Source: a virus. Taken from it: DNA of 64,000 bases. The position numbers and the translations under genes are program-made. The notes beneath the pieces are model-generated. The model made no database searches, was not told the origin of the DNA, and saw nothing but the letters and a program-made list of their open reading frames with translations. This document shows, one piece after another, positions 29,286-38,572 of this stretch (positions within the stretch are counted from its first letter, which is position 1; the number at the start of each line of letters is the position of its first letter). The stretch covers positions 1 through 64,000 of IMG/VR virus record IMGVR_UViG_3300050821_012250. One strand, 5' to 3'.

Positions 29286-30466
29286 CTCATGTCGCCGACC
29301 TCACCGATTCTGCTCCTATCTCGCGACGGCGCTTGCGTAGCCTGCTCGATGGAATCGATAAGTCCGAAGACTCGTTCCCGCATACGGAGGCTCGACACCT
29401 GAGCCCGGTTCTGAGAATGTTCCTCGCGGCATTCACGTCGCGATCGTGCTCGGTACCACACTCCGAGCATTCCCAGTGCCTTACAACGAGTTGTCCTATT
29501 CCCGCCGGGCCGGAAAGGCCTCCGCAGTTTCCACAGACTCGCGTTGTGAATCTCTCGCTGACGATTTCCACAAACCTGCCGGCGTGCTCGCCTTTATACT
29601 GCAGTTGTGTTTTGAGCATCCCCCAACCGGAATCCAAAACGGATTTCGCCATCTTGGTTTTGGCTAGCTTGGAACTACTCACATCGCCAATAATAATTTT
29701 CTGATAACTATCAATAATCGCTCTTGAGAACTTATGCAGGGCATCGGCACGACAGCGCGCTGCTTTGCGGTGAAACCGCTTCGCCTGGCGCCGATGACCG
29801 CGACGCTGAGCGTTGGCAAGTCGCTCAGCATAGCGATGAGTCCACTTGCCGGCTTCCAATCGCTCGCCGTCACTAGTAACGGCGATATCTTTTAGGCCCA
29901 GGTCAATGCCGACAGACTCATTTGGCGCGATTGTTATCTCGGCCGTTTCGATGATCGGCAGGCATAGCCACCAATCCCCCATGGCGTCCTGCGCAAAGCA
30001 GCCTTGCTGCCACTTTGCCCCTTCGAGTCGATCGGACTCGAACACTCGAAAAGTCTTGCCGGCGAAACGCAGCGCATTTCCTTTGCGCTTGAGACTCTTT
30101 GTCTTAAACGGTATCCAACCTAACGACCGTCTCGATCCACGGCTTACGCGCCAATGCAGTTGAGTGCGCTTTGCCTGTTTGCGCTTCTGCGCATATTCAC
30201 CGTTGATGCGCTGAATAGTGTCTGCGCCAATACGCACAAAGTGTTCTGTGGCGCCAGCACTCAGGTTGTTGAGATCAAATCCACTCAACCATTCCCGGGG
30301 TCCTACAAAAGGCTGCGCTGCCTTGGCGCTCACCTCATTTGCCCAATTCCAAACTTGGTTGACTTCAATCGCAGCAGCATTGAGCCACGCATAGGACTCA
30401 GAACGGACCTTCAACTTCAGGGTACGCGTAAACGAGAGCGGCATGAGCGTATTATCTACTCTCATG
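29286..30466 (-). mobile_element. tnpB-only IS200/605/607-family element
   Basis: CATGAG direct repeats at 30466-30461 and 29291-29286 bracket tnpB; left-end hairpin at 30442-30466; no tnpA in the window. Confidence 0.6.
29287..30444 (-). CDS. tnpB: TnpB RNA-guided endonuclease with rearranged RuvC site
   Basis: GIDLGLKD (RuvC-I), IIIGDVS, SERFTTRVCGNC..WECSECG zinc finger, HDRDVNAARNIL (RuvC-III); ATG at 30444 or 30465. Confidence 0.9.
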   Translation of the reverse strand: MPLSFTRTLKLKVRSESYAWLNAAAIEVNQVWNWANEVSAKAAQPFVGPREWLSGFDLNNLSAGATEHFVRIGADTIQRINGEYAQKRKQAKRTQLHWRVSRGSRRSLGWIPFKTKSLKRKGNALRFAGKTFRVFESDRLEGAKWQQGCFAQDAMGDWWLCLPIIETAEITIAPNESVGIDLGLKDIAVTSDGERLEAGKWTHRYAERLANAQRRGHRRQAKRFHRKAARCRADALHKFSRAIIDSYQKIIIGDVSSSKLAKTKMAKSVLDSGWGMLKTQLQYKGEHAGRFVEIVSERFTTRVCGNCGGLSGPAGIGQLVVRHWECSECGTEHDRDVNAARNILRTGLRCRASVCGNESSDLSIPSSRLRKRRREIGAESVRSAT

Positions 30467-31879
30467 GGCGCTCGCGCTCCACTTTTTTGCGCAACTCGCT
30501 GATGGCTCGATACGTCATGTTTCTCGATAACCTCTCATCCCATCATCATCTGCCCGCATCTGCGCGAGCCAGTCACTGCGTTCTTCGCTGAGAAACCACA
30601 TTAATCCGTAGACTGCGAAGACCCAAGGCATTTCGCTTCCTCCTCGGTCAAATAGCGCATGCCAGGCCAAGTAAATGGCGTGCCGTCAGCGACAGCCAAT
30701 GCTACGAGAAACTCATAAACATCTGGCAATTCGGCGCCGAGCTTCATCCAATGCTCAGTCAGAAGACTTTTCGCGGTCACTTCTTTAGTTAGAATCATGG
30801 TTCATTAATCCTACTGCACAATCCTAGTCTGATTAGACCAGGTCCGAATATAAAGCTCCAATACGCGTCATATGCAGTCTTTCCATCTCCAACCCAAGTC
30901 CAATCATTAGGAATCTGACAAAGCCAGTAATTCGAGATGATCCGACGAATGTGAGGTTTACCCTTGGGTCTCTGCACGTTTCAATTCCTCTTTCTCATGC
31001 TCCAGCCGATACACCTCCGCCACAGCCCATTCCCACTCTGCCCGATCGACGTGCGCGCCGATCAGGCCTTGGCGGATGGATTCGCGCAGGGCGGCGGAGG
31101 TCTTGGTCACTTCGACTTCCGCGTGGATGCGATCGACAGCAGCCGCTGAGCGGTGACCGCGGTATCTTTCGCGCGGCCGATGCGGACGGCTTCCAGTACC
31201 TCTTTGGCCTCTATCGCATTTTTGGCGTAGACCGGCAACGGACTGCGCATTCCGGGTCTGCTTCTGCGCATCGCGCTTTTGATCCTCGCATTTTTGCGCA
31301 TCTCGAAGGGCGTTGAATTCACATGGCCGCATTCACGGCACTTCGATACGAAGTGCATCGTATCTTTCTGGCAGTCGGGACAGAATTGCGTGGTGAAGTG
31401 TCGGACGCTCATTTCGGCGGTCCATTCCCAGCATTCTTATGCCAGCTGCGCGACATTGGATTACTCGGAACGTGGCGTTCATCATGCACGGCGTTGCATT
31501 GGCAGGTGGCGCAGTGCTGATCAGTCAGACGTTTGGGAGAGGCGTTTATCGCCCCAACAGTTCGCGCAACCGCAATACCATGCATGTCAATCTCGCCGTC
31601 TTTTCCGAACGCATGATCGTAACCCGCAGCGCGCATCTGATCGGCGATCTCGCGATAGGCCGCTTCGCTGAGCTCCATGATGACATACGTATGAGTCATA
31701 AATTCACACACTCCCGGCACCAAAACACCCCACCCCGAATCCTACCACCGCCGGTCGGCTTCAGCAGCCCGCATTTGCGGCAGGTGCGGCGGATGAGGGT
31801 GATGGGGCAGTAGGTCATGCGCCCGCTCGGATCATCGCCTTGAAGAACAGGCCGAGGCCTGAGAGGAGGGTTGCAACGG

Positions 31880-32335
31880 TCATACGTACTCCGCGTGTAT
31901 TGCGCCTTCCGGCAACGGCAAAAGAACTCTCGGCGCATCGAAACCAGCATGGAATGCATCCTGCGCGAATTTATTGCGAGCGTTCTTGCGCAGTTCGCGC
32001 AGAACACGGTCGTCAAACATCTCCACGTCAGGAACCGTGACGCAGGAATGATTAAGAACTGGAACTCGGCCCCGAGCACGGACTGCAGACTCCGGGAGAT
32101 AGACCAGCGTGAACGATTGCACTGGGCCTTGCGGACCTTGAAACAGTGCATCATGGCGTACCGCATGAGCATCTGCATTGATCATGTATTGAATCACCTC
32201 CCGCATCACAAAGTCAGACGGATACCAGCCTTCGCGCGGCGGCAGAAAGATCGACCGCTCAGGCATCAGTGATAACGGCAAGCCCGCACCAACCAGCGCG
32301 GCAGCCGTCATGCCGAAGAATTTGCGGCGGTTCAT
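31880..32335 (-). CDS. Hypothetical protein with twin-arginine-like N-terminus
   Basis: MNRRKFFGMTAAALVGAGL. Confidence 0.5.
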   Translation of the reverse strand: MNRRKFFGMTAAALVGAGLPLSLMPERSIFLPPREGWYPSDFVMREVIQYMINADAHAVRHDALFQGPQGPVQSFTLVYLPESAVRARGRVPVLNHSCVTVPDVEMFDDRVLRELRKNARNKFAQDAFHAGFDAPRVLLPLPEGAIHAEYV

Positions 32336-32486
32336 GATTTCCTCTCTTGCGCCATGCGCCTTAACACATGTTCAGGCGCCCGAACGAAACATCGATCGCA
32401 CACCGTCAGCGTATATTCTTTCCACTGATGGCCAAGGAAAAGACAAGCCACCCGCAGGGATTTCCATTTGATCCAATCGCAGATTG

Positions 32487-33251
32487 TCATTTGGCCAATT
32501 CCCCCAACGCATTCCGATACCGCCCCATAATCTCCCCAGCTTTCAGCGCCGTTCCGATCCGCGAAGGCTTGATTGCCTGCAGCACAAACGCGAATGTCTT
32601 GTTGTCATCCTCTTGACAACACAACCTGAAATCCGCCTTGTAGATATTCCGGAAGTCCGACATCGGCGAGAGCTTGCCATCGCACTGGCGGATGTATTCG
32701 GACTGATCCAGGAAGGTCAGCGACTCGAGCGTGATCAGTCGCGTGTGCGACGGATCGCCCCATGCCCACGGCGAATGACGGGAGGGGACGGTCGCGCAGA
32801 GGTAGCCGTTGGGTTTGAGGAGGCGGTAGATTTCGGAGAAATCCCGAAAGAATGAAATGGCGTCGCCCTGCTGGCCCAGATGCTCAAGCACCTCATACGC
32901 GTGAATCTCATCGAATGAGGATTCTTCAAGCATCCCGCCTTCGGATTCGTCATAGGCAACCGCCGTATATCGACCCGGCACGTTGATATCGCGCGGAAAG
33001 CGACAATGGCCCCAAGGGATATTTCTCAAACTGCACAATACATCGGGATTGACATCCGGGTTGTGATCCAACGTCGTCAAACACGCCCAATCATCCAACG
33101 GCCGCGACGGCACCTTCAGCCGCTTGTCGCGCGCGTGGCCGCTTCCGATGAGGAGCTCGCGGTAATTGCTCGCGTGTACCAATGTCATTCCTCTTTTTCT
33201 CGGTACCAAATCGTCACAACTATTGTCTCGTGTGAAACACCGGTAGAGCAA
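32487..33251 (-). CDS. Class I SAM-dependent methyltransferase (similar to 2947-3543)
   Basis: SFDEIHAYEVLEHL, EIYRLLKPNG, WGDPSHTR; true start probably the ATG of MTLVH. Confidence 0.8.
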   Translation of the reverse strand: MLYRCFTRDNSCDDLVPRKRGMTLVHASNYRELLIGSGHARDKRLKVPSRPLDDWACLTTLDHNPDVNPDVLCSLRNIPWGHCRFPRDINVPGRYTAVAYDESEGGMLEESSFDEIHAYEVLEHLGQQGDAISFFRDFSEIYRLLKPNGYLCATVPSRHSPWAWGDPSHTRLITLESLTFLDQSEYIRQCDGKLSPMSDFRNIYKADFRLCCQEDDNKTFAFVLQAIKPSRIGTALKAGEIMGRYRNALGELAK

Positions 33252-33335
33252 AGTGATGTATGCGTTTTGAAGATTTCTTCATATTGCTCATCAAAAAGCC
33301 ATCGGTTTACATCGCGTTCTAAGACATCCAAGTCA

Positions 33336-33551
33336 TCAGTTCCGACAGCGCATGTCTTCTTGAAAAGTATGATTTTCATCGGTGATCTCGTTTTGTTTCA
33401 TTCGAACATCATGATCGTACACGAGCGCTTCGATGTATTGGCTCTTGCCTCTATAATCGAATTTGGCAACATTCTCCCTGATCAGGCGCGCAACCTCCGA
33501 ACTTACGAAGACGGAGACCTTTACCTTCTTGGGCTTCGGCTTTTTCGTCAC
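33336..33551 (-). CDS. Possible ribbon-helix-helix regulator
   Basis: GTG coupled to the terL stop; KVKVSVFVSSEVARLI..KSQYIEALV. Confidence 0.45.
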   Translation of the reverse strand: MTKKPKPKKVKVSVFVSSEVARLIRENVAKFDYRGKSQYIEALVYDHDVRMKQNEITDENHTFQEDMRCRN

Positions 33552-35029
33552 GCCATCCACCCCTGTTCTTGCCCCTGATGAAACACCGACTGCTCCCGCT
33601 TCTCCACGCGCTTCTTCGGCTCGCACTCGGCGCGGGTTTTGGCGATGCGGCGCATCATCATGGCGTAGCGGGTGGCGGCAAGTAAATCGTCGTGTTCTTT
33701 CACGATAATACCGTCTTTGCGGTGATAAAGCTCGAATTCTTCCTGCCATTCACGCAATTCGCGGAAAACCAGCAGTCGGCCGGTCTGGAACCGCTCCAGC
33801 ATTTCACTGATGCCCGCTTCGACGCCGTTGTCGCCGTTCTCAAAGGTCGAGTGCGTCATATGCATCTTGAGTCCGTGAGCTCGGTACATCTGGGCGAGCT
33901 GCGGCTGATCCTTCAAATCGAACTTGCCACCCGACTGCTTGCCGTCGTGCGGCCACGCCCATGGAATCCACTCACCCCAGTGTTTGACGGCGCTTGCAAA
34001 CATCATTGGAGTTTGTTCTCGCTCGCGATGAATGGCGGTTACGTACAATTCATCGGTGTCGCGATTGAAAGCAAGACGCACACCGGCACTTGGATGGTCC
34101 CAGCCGAAATCAATGCCGCAGACTTGCGCCCAATGCTCAGGAATAGGAAAGCTATCGCATAGGATATCATCCAGCTTGATCGGAAATACCGCCCCCGATC
34201 CGCGCGACGGAATTCCTTTCGTACGCGCTTCCATTTCATGCGGTTTGTATGTCGCAATGATCGCTGCCCGATCTTCTGGAGAGAAGTGAGCAGCATCATC
34301 GATCGTCATGTTGATGACAAAACTACCGGGTACCTTGTCGATGATGAATCGACGCACAACCTCGGTAACTCCCATGAGCGGAGTGAATGTCATGAGGACG
34401 GGACCCATACCAACGTTGGTGCGCGTCAATATCTCAGTATAAATTCCGGGATCATCCATTTCTTCATCGCACCAGGCTCCTTGCAAAGTTTCGCCTTGGA
34501 ATTTGGCCCTTCCTTGATTGTAGGCTTTGAATTGGCAGGTTGACTCAGTCCCACTGACGTGTTTGATTTTCACCATATCAACACCATCAGCCACGGATCG
34601 ATTGCGTGATGGCTCGCCAATGATGCAGTCTTTGGGGATCATGCCGGTTCCCCACTGGCCGACACGTCCCAATAGAATACGCTGCGGGTTATCGCGTGTT
34701 GACTCTGCGGTGATTCCCGCAACCCACCATGGACCACCTTTTTCGAAGCGCTTGCCTTCCCACCACTCGGGATAGCGGCCCGTTAAGTGCATCGCGACTT
34801 CGGCGCCTGCAGATAATGTTTTCCCGACCTGGTTCGCCGAGGCCATCAAACGTTCACGATATTTCGCACCAGCGGCATGGAACTCAGCTTGCTTAGGATA
34901 GGGCTGATAGTTCGCGAGTTTATTTGCTGATTCGCGCCGATCCAATTCCCTCGGAATCTCTCTCAGAGCCGTCTCCAACACCTCCGGCGCAATCTGGTCG
35001 AAGATTTCGTCGAGCGCGTCGAAGTTCAA
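33548..35029 (-). CDS. terL: Terminase large subunit (P22 gp2-like)
   Basis: YPKQAEFH, ANQVGKT (Walker A), WCDEE (Walker B), TFTP, GIDFGWDHP, DDLLAATRYA. Confidence 0.95.
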   Translation of the reverse strand: MNFDALDEIFDQIAPEVLETALREIPRELDRRESANKLANYQPYPKQAEFHAAGAKYRERLMASANQVGKTLSAGAEVAMHLTGRYPEWWEGKRFEKGGPWWVAGITAESTRDNPQRILLGRVGQWGTGMIPKDCIIGEPSRNRSVADGVDMVKIKHVSGTESTCQFKAYNQGRAKFQGETLQGAWCDEEMDDPGIYTEILTRTNVGMGPVLMTFTPLMGVTEVVRRFIIDKVPGSFVINMTIDDAAHFSPEDRAAIIATYKPHEMEARTKGIPSRGSGAVFPIKLDDILCDSFPIPEHWAQVCGIDFGWDHPSAGVRLAFNRDTDELYVTAIHREREQTPMMFASAVKHWGEWIPWAWPHDGKQSGGKFDLKDQPQLAQMYRAHGLKMHMTHSTFENGDNGVEAGISEMLERFQTGRLLVFRELREWQEEFELYHRKDGIIVKEHDDLLAATRYAMMMRRIAKTRAECEPKKRVEKREQSVFHQGQEQGWMA

Positions 35030-35428
35030 GCGAGTCGCTCCGACTCAGACCCTCCGAGATGAATGGTCTTGAGGACATGAGTAACGCCAGCATGTCCAGT
35101 AATGCGCGGACCTCCGGCACAATATAAATATAATGCCGTGGGTATGTTTGATGAATACGAGACGACAAACCAGAAGTTCTTCTGATCGTATCGATAGTGA
35201 GGTTTGATTTTCACCGCAACCGCCGCTTCCAATCGCCCGAATAATCGCGCTTCGGTTTGCCGATGCCCTGCGGCCAATAGGTTTGCGACAGCAAATAATC
35301 GCGCGTCTCGATCAATAGCTCGCGTACCGCATCGTGATTCGCCAGTTCAGGATTGAACAAACCACCGCTGGCCAGGTATCCGGTGATGCGGTCGATCAGG
35401 CGATCGCGTTGGTCGGAGGGTTTGGCGG

Positions 35429-35812
35429 TCACGGCGCCGATTCCGGCTTCACCGCCTCAACCGGCACCAGGTCGATCGCCTGCGCCCGTTTTCGCGTAAC
35501 GTAGCTTTGTGCGACGGCCATCAGCAATCGCAATGCATCGCTATCCAGCTCGTCCAAGGCATTCGCCACCTCGAGCTCGCGCGGACAGAGTTTCACGATT
35601 GCGCCGACATAAGCGCGAGGATCTTCCTTGCAGAGCCGATCGATCGCGTCAACGCCGTGTTTTTCGAAGTGGGTCGACAGAGCGCTCAGGAAGTCGCCGG
35701 TAAGGCGACGACGCGCACCCTTGGCTTGACCTCCAGGATTACCTGATTTGCCCGGCTGAAACAGCCAAGGACGATTTGGTCGGGGATTTTCGACAGATTC
35801 GGAAATGCTCAC
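35429..35812 (-). CDS. Terminase small subunit (DUF5681-type)
   Basis: FQPGKSGNPGG motif; upstream of terL; GTG at 35812 inferred as start. Confidence 0.7.
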   Translation of the reverse strand: MSISESVENPRPNRPWLFQPGKSGNPGGQAKGARRRLTGDFLSALSTHFEKHGVDAIDRLCKEDPRAYVGAIVKLCPRELEVANALDELDSDALRLLMAVAQSYVTRKRAQAIDLVPVEAVKPESAP

Positions 35813-35904
35813 TGAAAAAATCTGCTGCTGTGAAGTAGCCGAAGGCGCGTATAGCACATCCGAAGCGGGAACGGAAGCAAAAAGAGGATTTCGAAGCCGC
35901 GTCA

Positions 35905-36082
35905 CTCCCAACCTCCCAACCTCCCAACCAAAAATCGATTTTCTAAAAGTTCCCCGTTTTTCTACCCCTCTATATAATACTAATAGGTTGGTAAGGTTGG
36001 TATATATATAAAGAAGGGGGGATACAATCAATGACTTACGCGTTCCCAACGCGATGGTAATCCGTTGGGAATGATGGTAATC
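35905..36082. repeat. Putative replication origin: iterons, AT-rich tract and IHF site
   Basis: CTCCCAAC x3 (35905-35928), inverted AGGTTGGTA x2 (35985-36002), TATATATATA, AATCAATGACTTA (36026-36038) matching WATCAANNNNTTR, GATGGTAATC x2; directly downstream of the primase-helicase. Confidence 0.6.
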
Positions 36083-38339
36083 ACAGCTCAACCTCTCTGA
36101 TCTTGATGTATTTCCAGCCATCACTGCGCCGCTTGCGCTCCCATTTAAGTGCCTGCAGGGCACTCGCAACACGCATCTGATCACCGCGACTCCAGCGTCC
36201 TTCTTCGATGCGCAGCGCCTCAGTCAAAATCCTCGAAACGGTCAATTCTTCGAGCGGTTGTTTTCTCAAATACCATTCGTTTTTTTGCAGTGGATCGCTT
36301 GACCGCTCGTGCGTAATGAATTTCTCAATCAGTTCCTCCCAGGCATCCCGATCGCGGCGAGATTCCTGCTGAGCACGCGCCTCAACGCGTGGTACATCCC
36401 ACCAGATTTCGCCGCGCTTGAATCGCTCTACCGCTTCCGCAAAGAGCATTGATTTCGATTTTTCCAGCCATTCCAGATCAATCGTCGTGCAGCGGATCGG
36501 CCAGAAACGCCGTGCTCCAGTATCGCTGGCATTCCAATTATCGCGATTGGTGGTGCCCGCAAAAACGCATGTACGTGGATGATCCTCCGCTCGGCGCCCA
36601 TAGGATTCCCGATAACGATCGACCTGGCATGAAATAACACCTTTCAGACGATCGACATCCGCTTTACGGAAGGCATGAAGTTCAGATATTTCGACCAGGG
36701 CCTTTCCCTGGATGGATTGATAAAAATCCTTTGTTGTGATGGATTCGTGGCATTCCGCAAACCAGGGTGATCCGATGAGCGCGAGTGCTGATGATTTGCC
36801 CAATTCTTCCTTGCCTTCGAACACGGGCAATGCATCAACTTTTGCTCCGGGTTTGAAAATTCGCGCAACGAGGCCGACAAGCCAGCAGCGCCCTACCGCG
36901 CCGGTGTATTCGTCATACTCGGCACCGAATCCATCTGACATTAGATGGGCCAGCCGTTCCGTCCCATCCCATTCCAGAGAATCAAGCCATTCGCGCGGCT
37001 CATTGCGGATATTTGATTCCGCGACCGCTTGGACGGCATGGCGGACTGGCTCAATAGTAAGTTTCGGAATATCGAGTTTCTGCTGAATCCAGATGAGCGC
37101 GCGAATATCGTCGCCATCGGTCCATTCACGTCTGGAATCGGCAGTTGCGCGAAAAAAGGTGCGCCGGTGAAACTCATCAAACCATATTTTACCGGCAAAT
37201 TCTGGATGCCCTTTCAGGATGGCCGTGACATTTACAACATTGGTATACGGGGTTTGATTACCGGTCTTCTGCAATCCAAGTTTGTCCCACCACGCATAAG
37301 CGGAGCCATCATCCTCTATCATTCCGGTTTCGGACACGGTAGCGCCCGCTGCCCTCAAGGGCTGCGCTCGTGTAGAGGCTTTTACCGCCGGTTGCCGGGC
37401 TCCCTCTTGAATTACTCCATCCTCGTCGACGACAAATGGAGTATTATCTTGAACAGGAGGAGAAACTTTTCTGCGGGATTCTCCATACTTACGGACAGCT
37501 GTTTCTGCATATCCCCCTACACGCTCGCTGAAGTTGACTCCGTCCGCGTTGAGGGAATTCGGTCCAAGCAATTCTCCAAGAAGGGCGGCGATATCCCCAG
37601 CCGTCATTCCTTTGGCTGCGAGTCGTGAGCTTAAAGAAAGGCAACTCTGATGCCGATCGTGCCCCTCCTGGATATTTCGCCGGAGCTGCTCATCCGTGGT
37701 CTCATCCCGCGCATGCGTGCCGTTAGCCTTGAATCCAGCGTAATACTGTGGCTCGAGGTCAACGGCCTGATCGACGCACCGACCCTCGATCTGATACACC
37801 TGATAGTTAGCGCCGCGGACCCGGCCGATATAGAAGGATTGACTGAGCGTGAAGGATTCCCGACTTGCGATGCCCCCCAAGGCCCGATTGGCGCGCGCCA
37901 GATACTCACCCCGCTTCTCCGGTGGGGCGGCCTCCGAAAACGGCAGAATGGCGCGCCAGCGAGGCTTGGCGGGAATATGAGACGGTGATGTGTAGATCAC
38001 GGCGCGCAAGCGAGCCGCCTCCAGCATAGCTGCCCCGCGTTCAGGCGAAATCAGCTCACCGTCATAATCCAGCTCCGCTCCGTAAGCGCGCACCACGTTG
38101 GCGGCGTGCCGCAGGATGGGTTGCTTGGCGCTGTTACTGAGCAGTTCCCCATATTCGCAGAGACTGACCAGCGGACAATGCGCCTTGTCTGGGTAAGCTT
38201 CGCTGGCGCGGATCCTCGTTACCAATTCCTGCCATTCTACATCGGACCGATCAATCTTCGTCTTGGGCCATACGTCGGGGAAAAGTGTATAACTGATCAA
38301 CAACTGACCAGTATCAGCGCTGTTCTGTGAAATCTCCAT
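36081..38339 (-). CDS. Primase-helicase (AEP-type N-terminus, VapE-like P-loop C-terminus)
   Basis: LDYD..YTSPSH..PRWR; LEWDGTERL; GKEELGKS, VEISEL, YRESYGR, FAGTTN, TGARRFWP. Confidence 0.9.
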   Translation of the reverse strand: MEISQNSADTGQLLISYTLFPDVWPKTKIDRSDVEWQELVTRIRASEAYPDKAHCPLVSLCEYGELLSNSAKQPILRHAANVVRAYGAELDYDGELISPERGAAMLEAARLRAVIYTSPSHIPAKPRWRAILPFSEAAPPEKRGEYLARANRALGGIASRESFTLSQSFYIGRVRGANYQVYQIEGRCVDQAVDLEPQYYAGFKANGTHARDETTDEQLRRNIQEGHDRHQSCLSLSSRLAAKGMTAGDIAALLGELLGPNSLNADGVNFSERVGGYAETAVRKYGESRRKVSPPVQDNTPFVVDEDGVIQEGARQPAVKASTRAQPLRAAGATVSETGMIEDDGSAYAWWDKLGLQKTGNQTPYTNVVNVTAILKGHPEFAGKIWFDEFHRRTFFRATADSRREWTDGDDIRALIWIQQKLDIPKLTIEPVRHAVQAVAESNIRNEPREWLDSLEWDGTERLAHLMSDGFGAEYDEYTGAVGRCWLVGLVARIFKPGAKVDALPVFEGKEELGKSSALALIGSPWFAECHESITTKDFYQSIQGKALVEISELHAFRKADVDRLKGVISCQVDRYRESYGRRAEDHPRTCVFAGTTNRDNWNASDTGARRFWPIRCTTIDLEWLEKSKSMLFAEAVERFKRGEIWWDVPRVEARAQQESRRDRDAWEELIEKFITHERSSDPLQKNEWYLRKQPLEELTVSRILTEALRIEEGRWSRGDQMRVASALQALKWERKRRSDGWKYIKIREVEL

Positions 38340-38341
38340 CG

Positions 38342-38572
38342 CTATCCTTCAGCGACAGAGTTTTCCATTTGAACGCGTTCAAATCGCTCACCGACTCGGA
38401 GCTCCAACTCCAGGAGACGTAGCATGGCCTCCGGAATCGTATTGATGCCGGCATGCCAGGATTTGACGTAGACAGGGTTTCGGTAGAGAATGCGGCCGAC
38501 TTCGGGCGGAGTGAGCTTATGAGAGTGCATAAGCTGCCGTAGCCGCTGAGTGCGGCCATCGAATCTGGACAT
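38342..38572 (-). CDS. HTH DNA-binding protein
   Basis: LTPPEVGRIL..VKSW..IPEAMLRLLE. Confidence 0.6.
   Translation of the reverse strand: MSRFDGRTQRLRQLMHSHKLTPPEVGRILYRNPVYVKSWHAGINTIPEAMLRLLELELRVGERFERVQMENSVAEG

Noticed and set aside
35813-36184. N-terminal extension of the 251-aa terS ORF
   Set aside because: Runs through the iteron/AT-rich region and overlaps the primase end; probably non-coding
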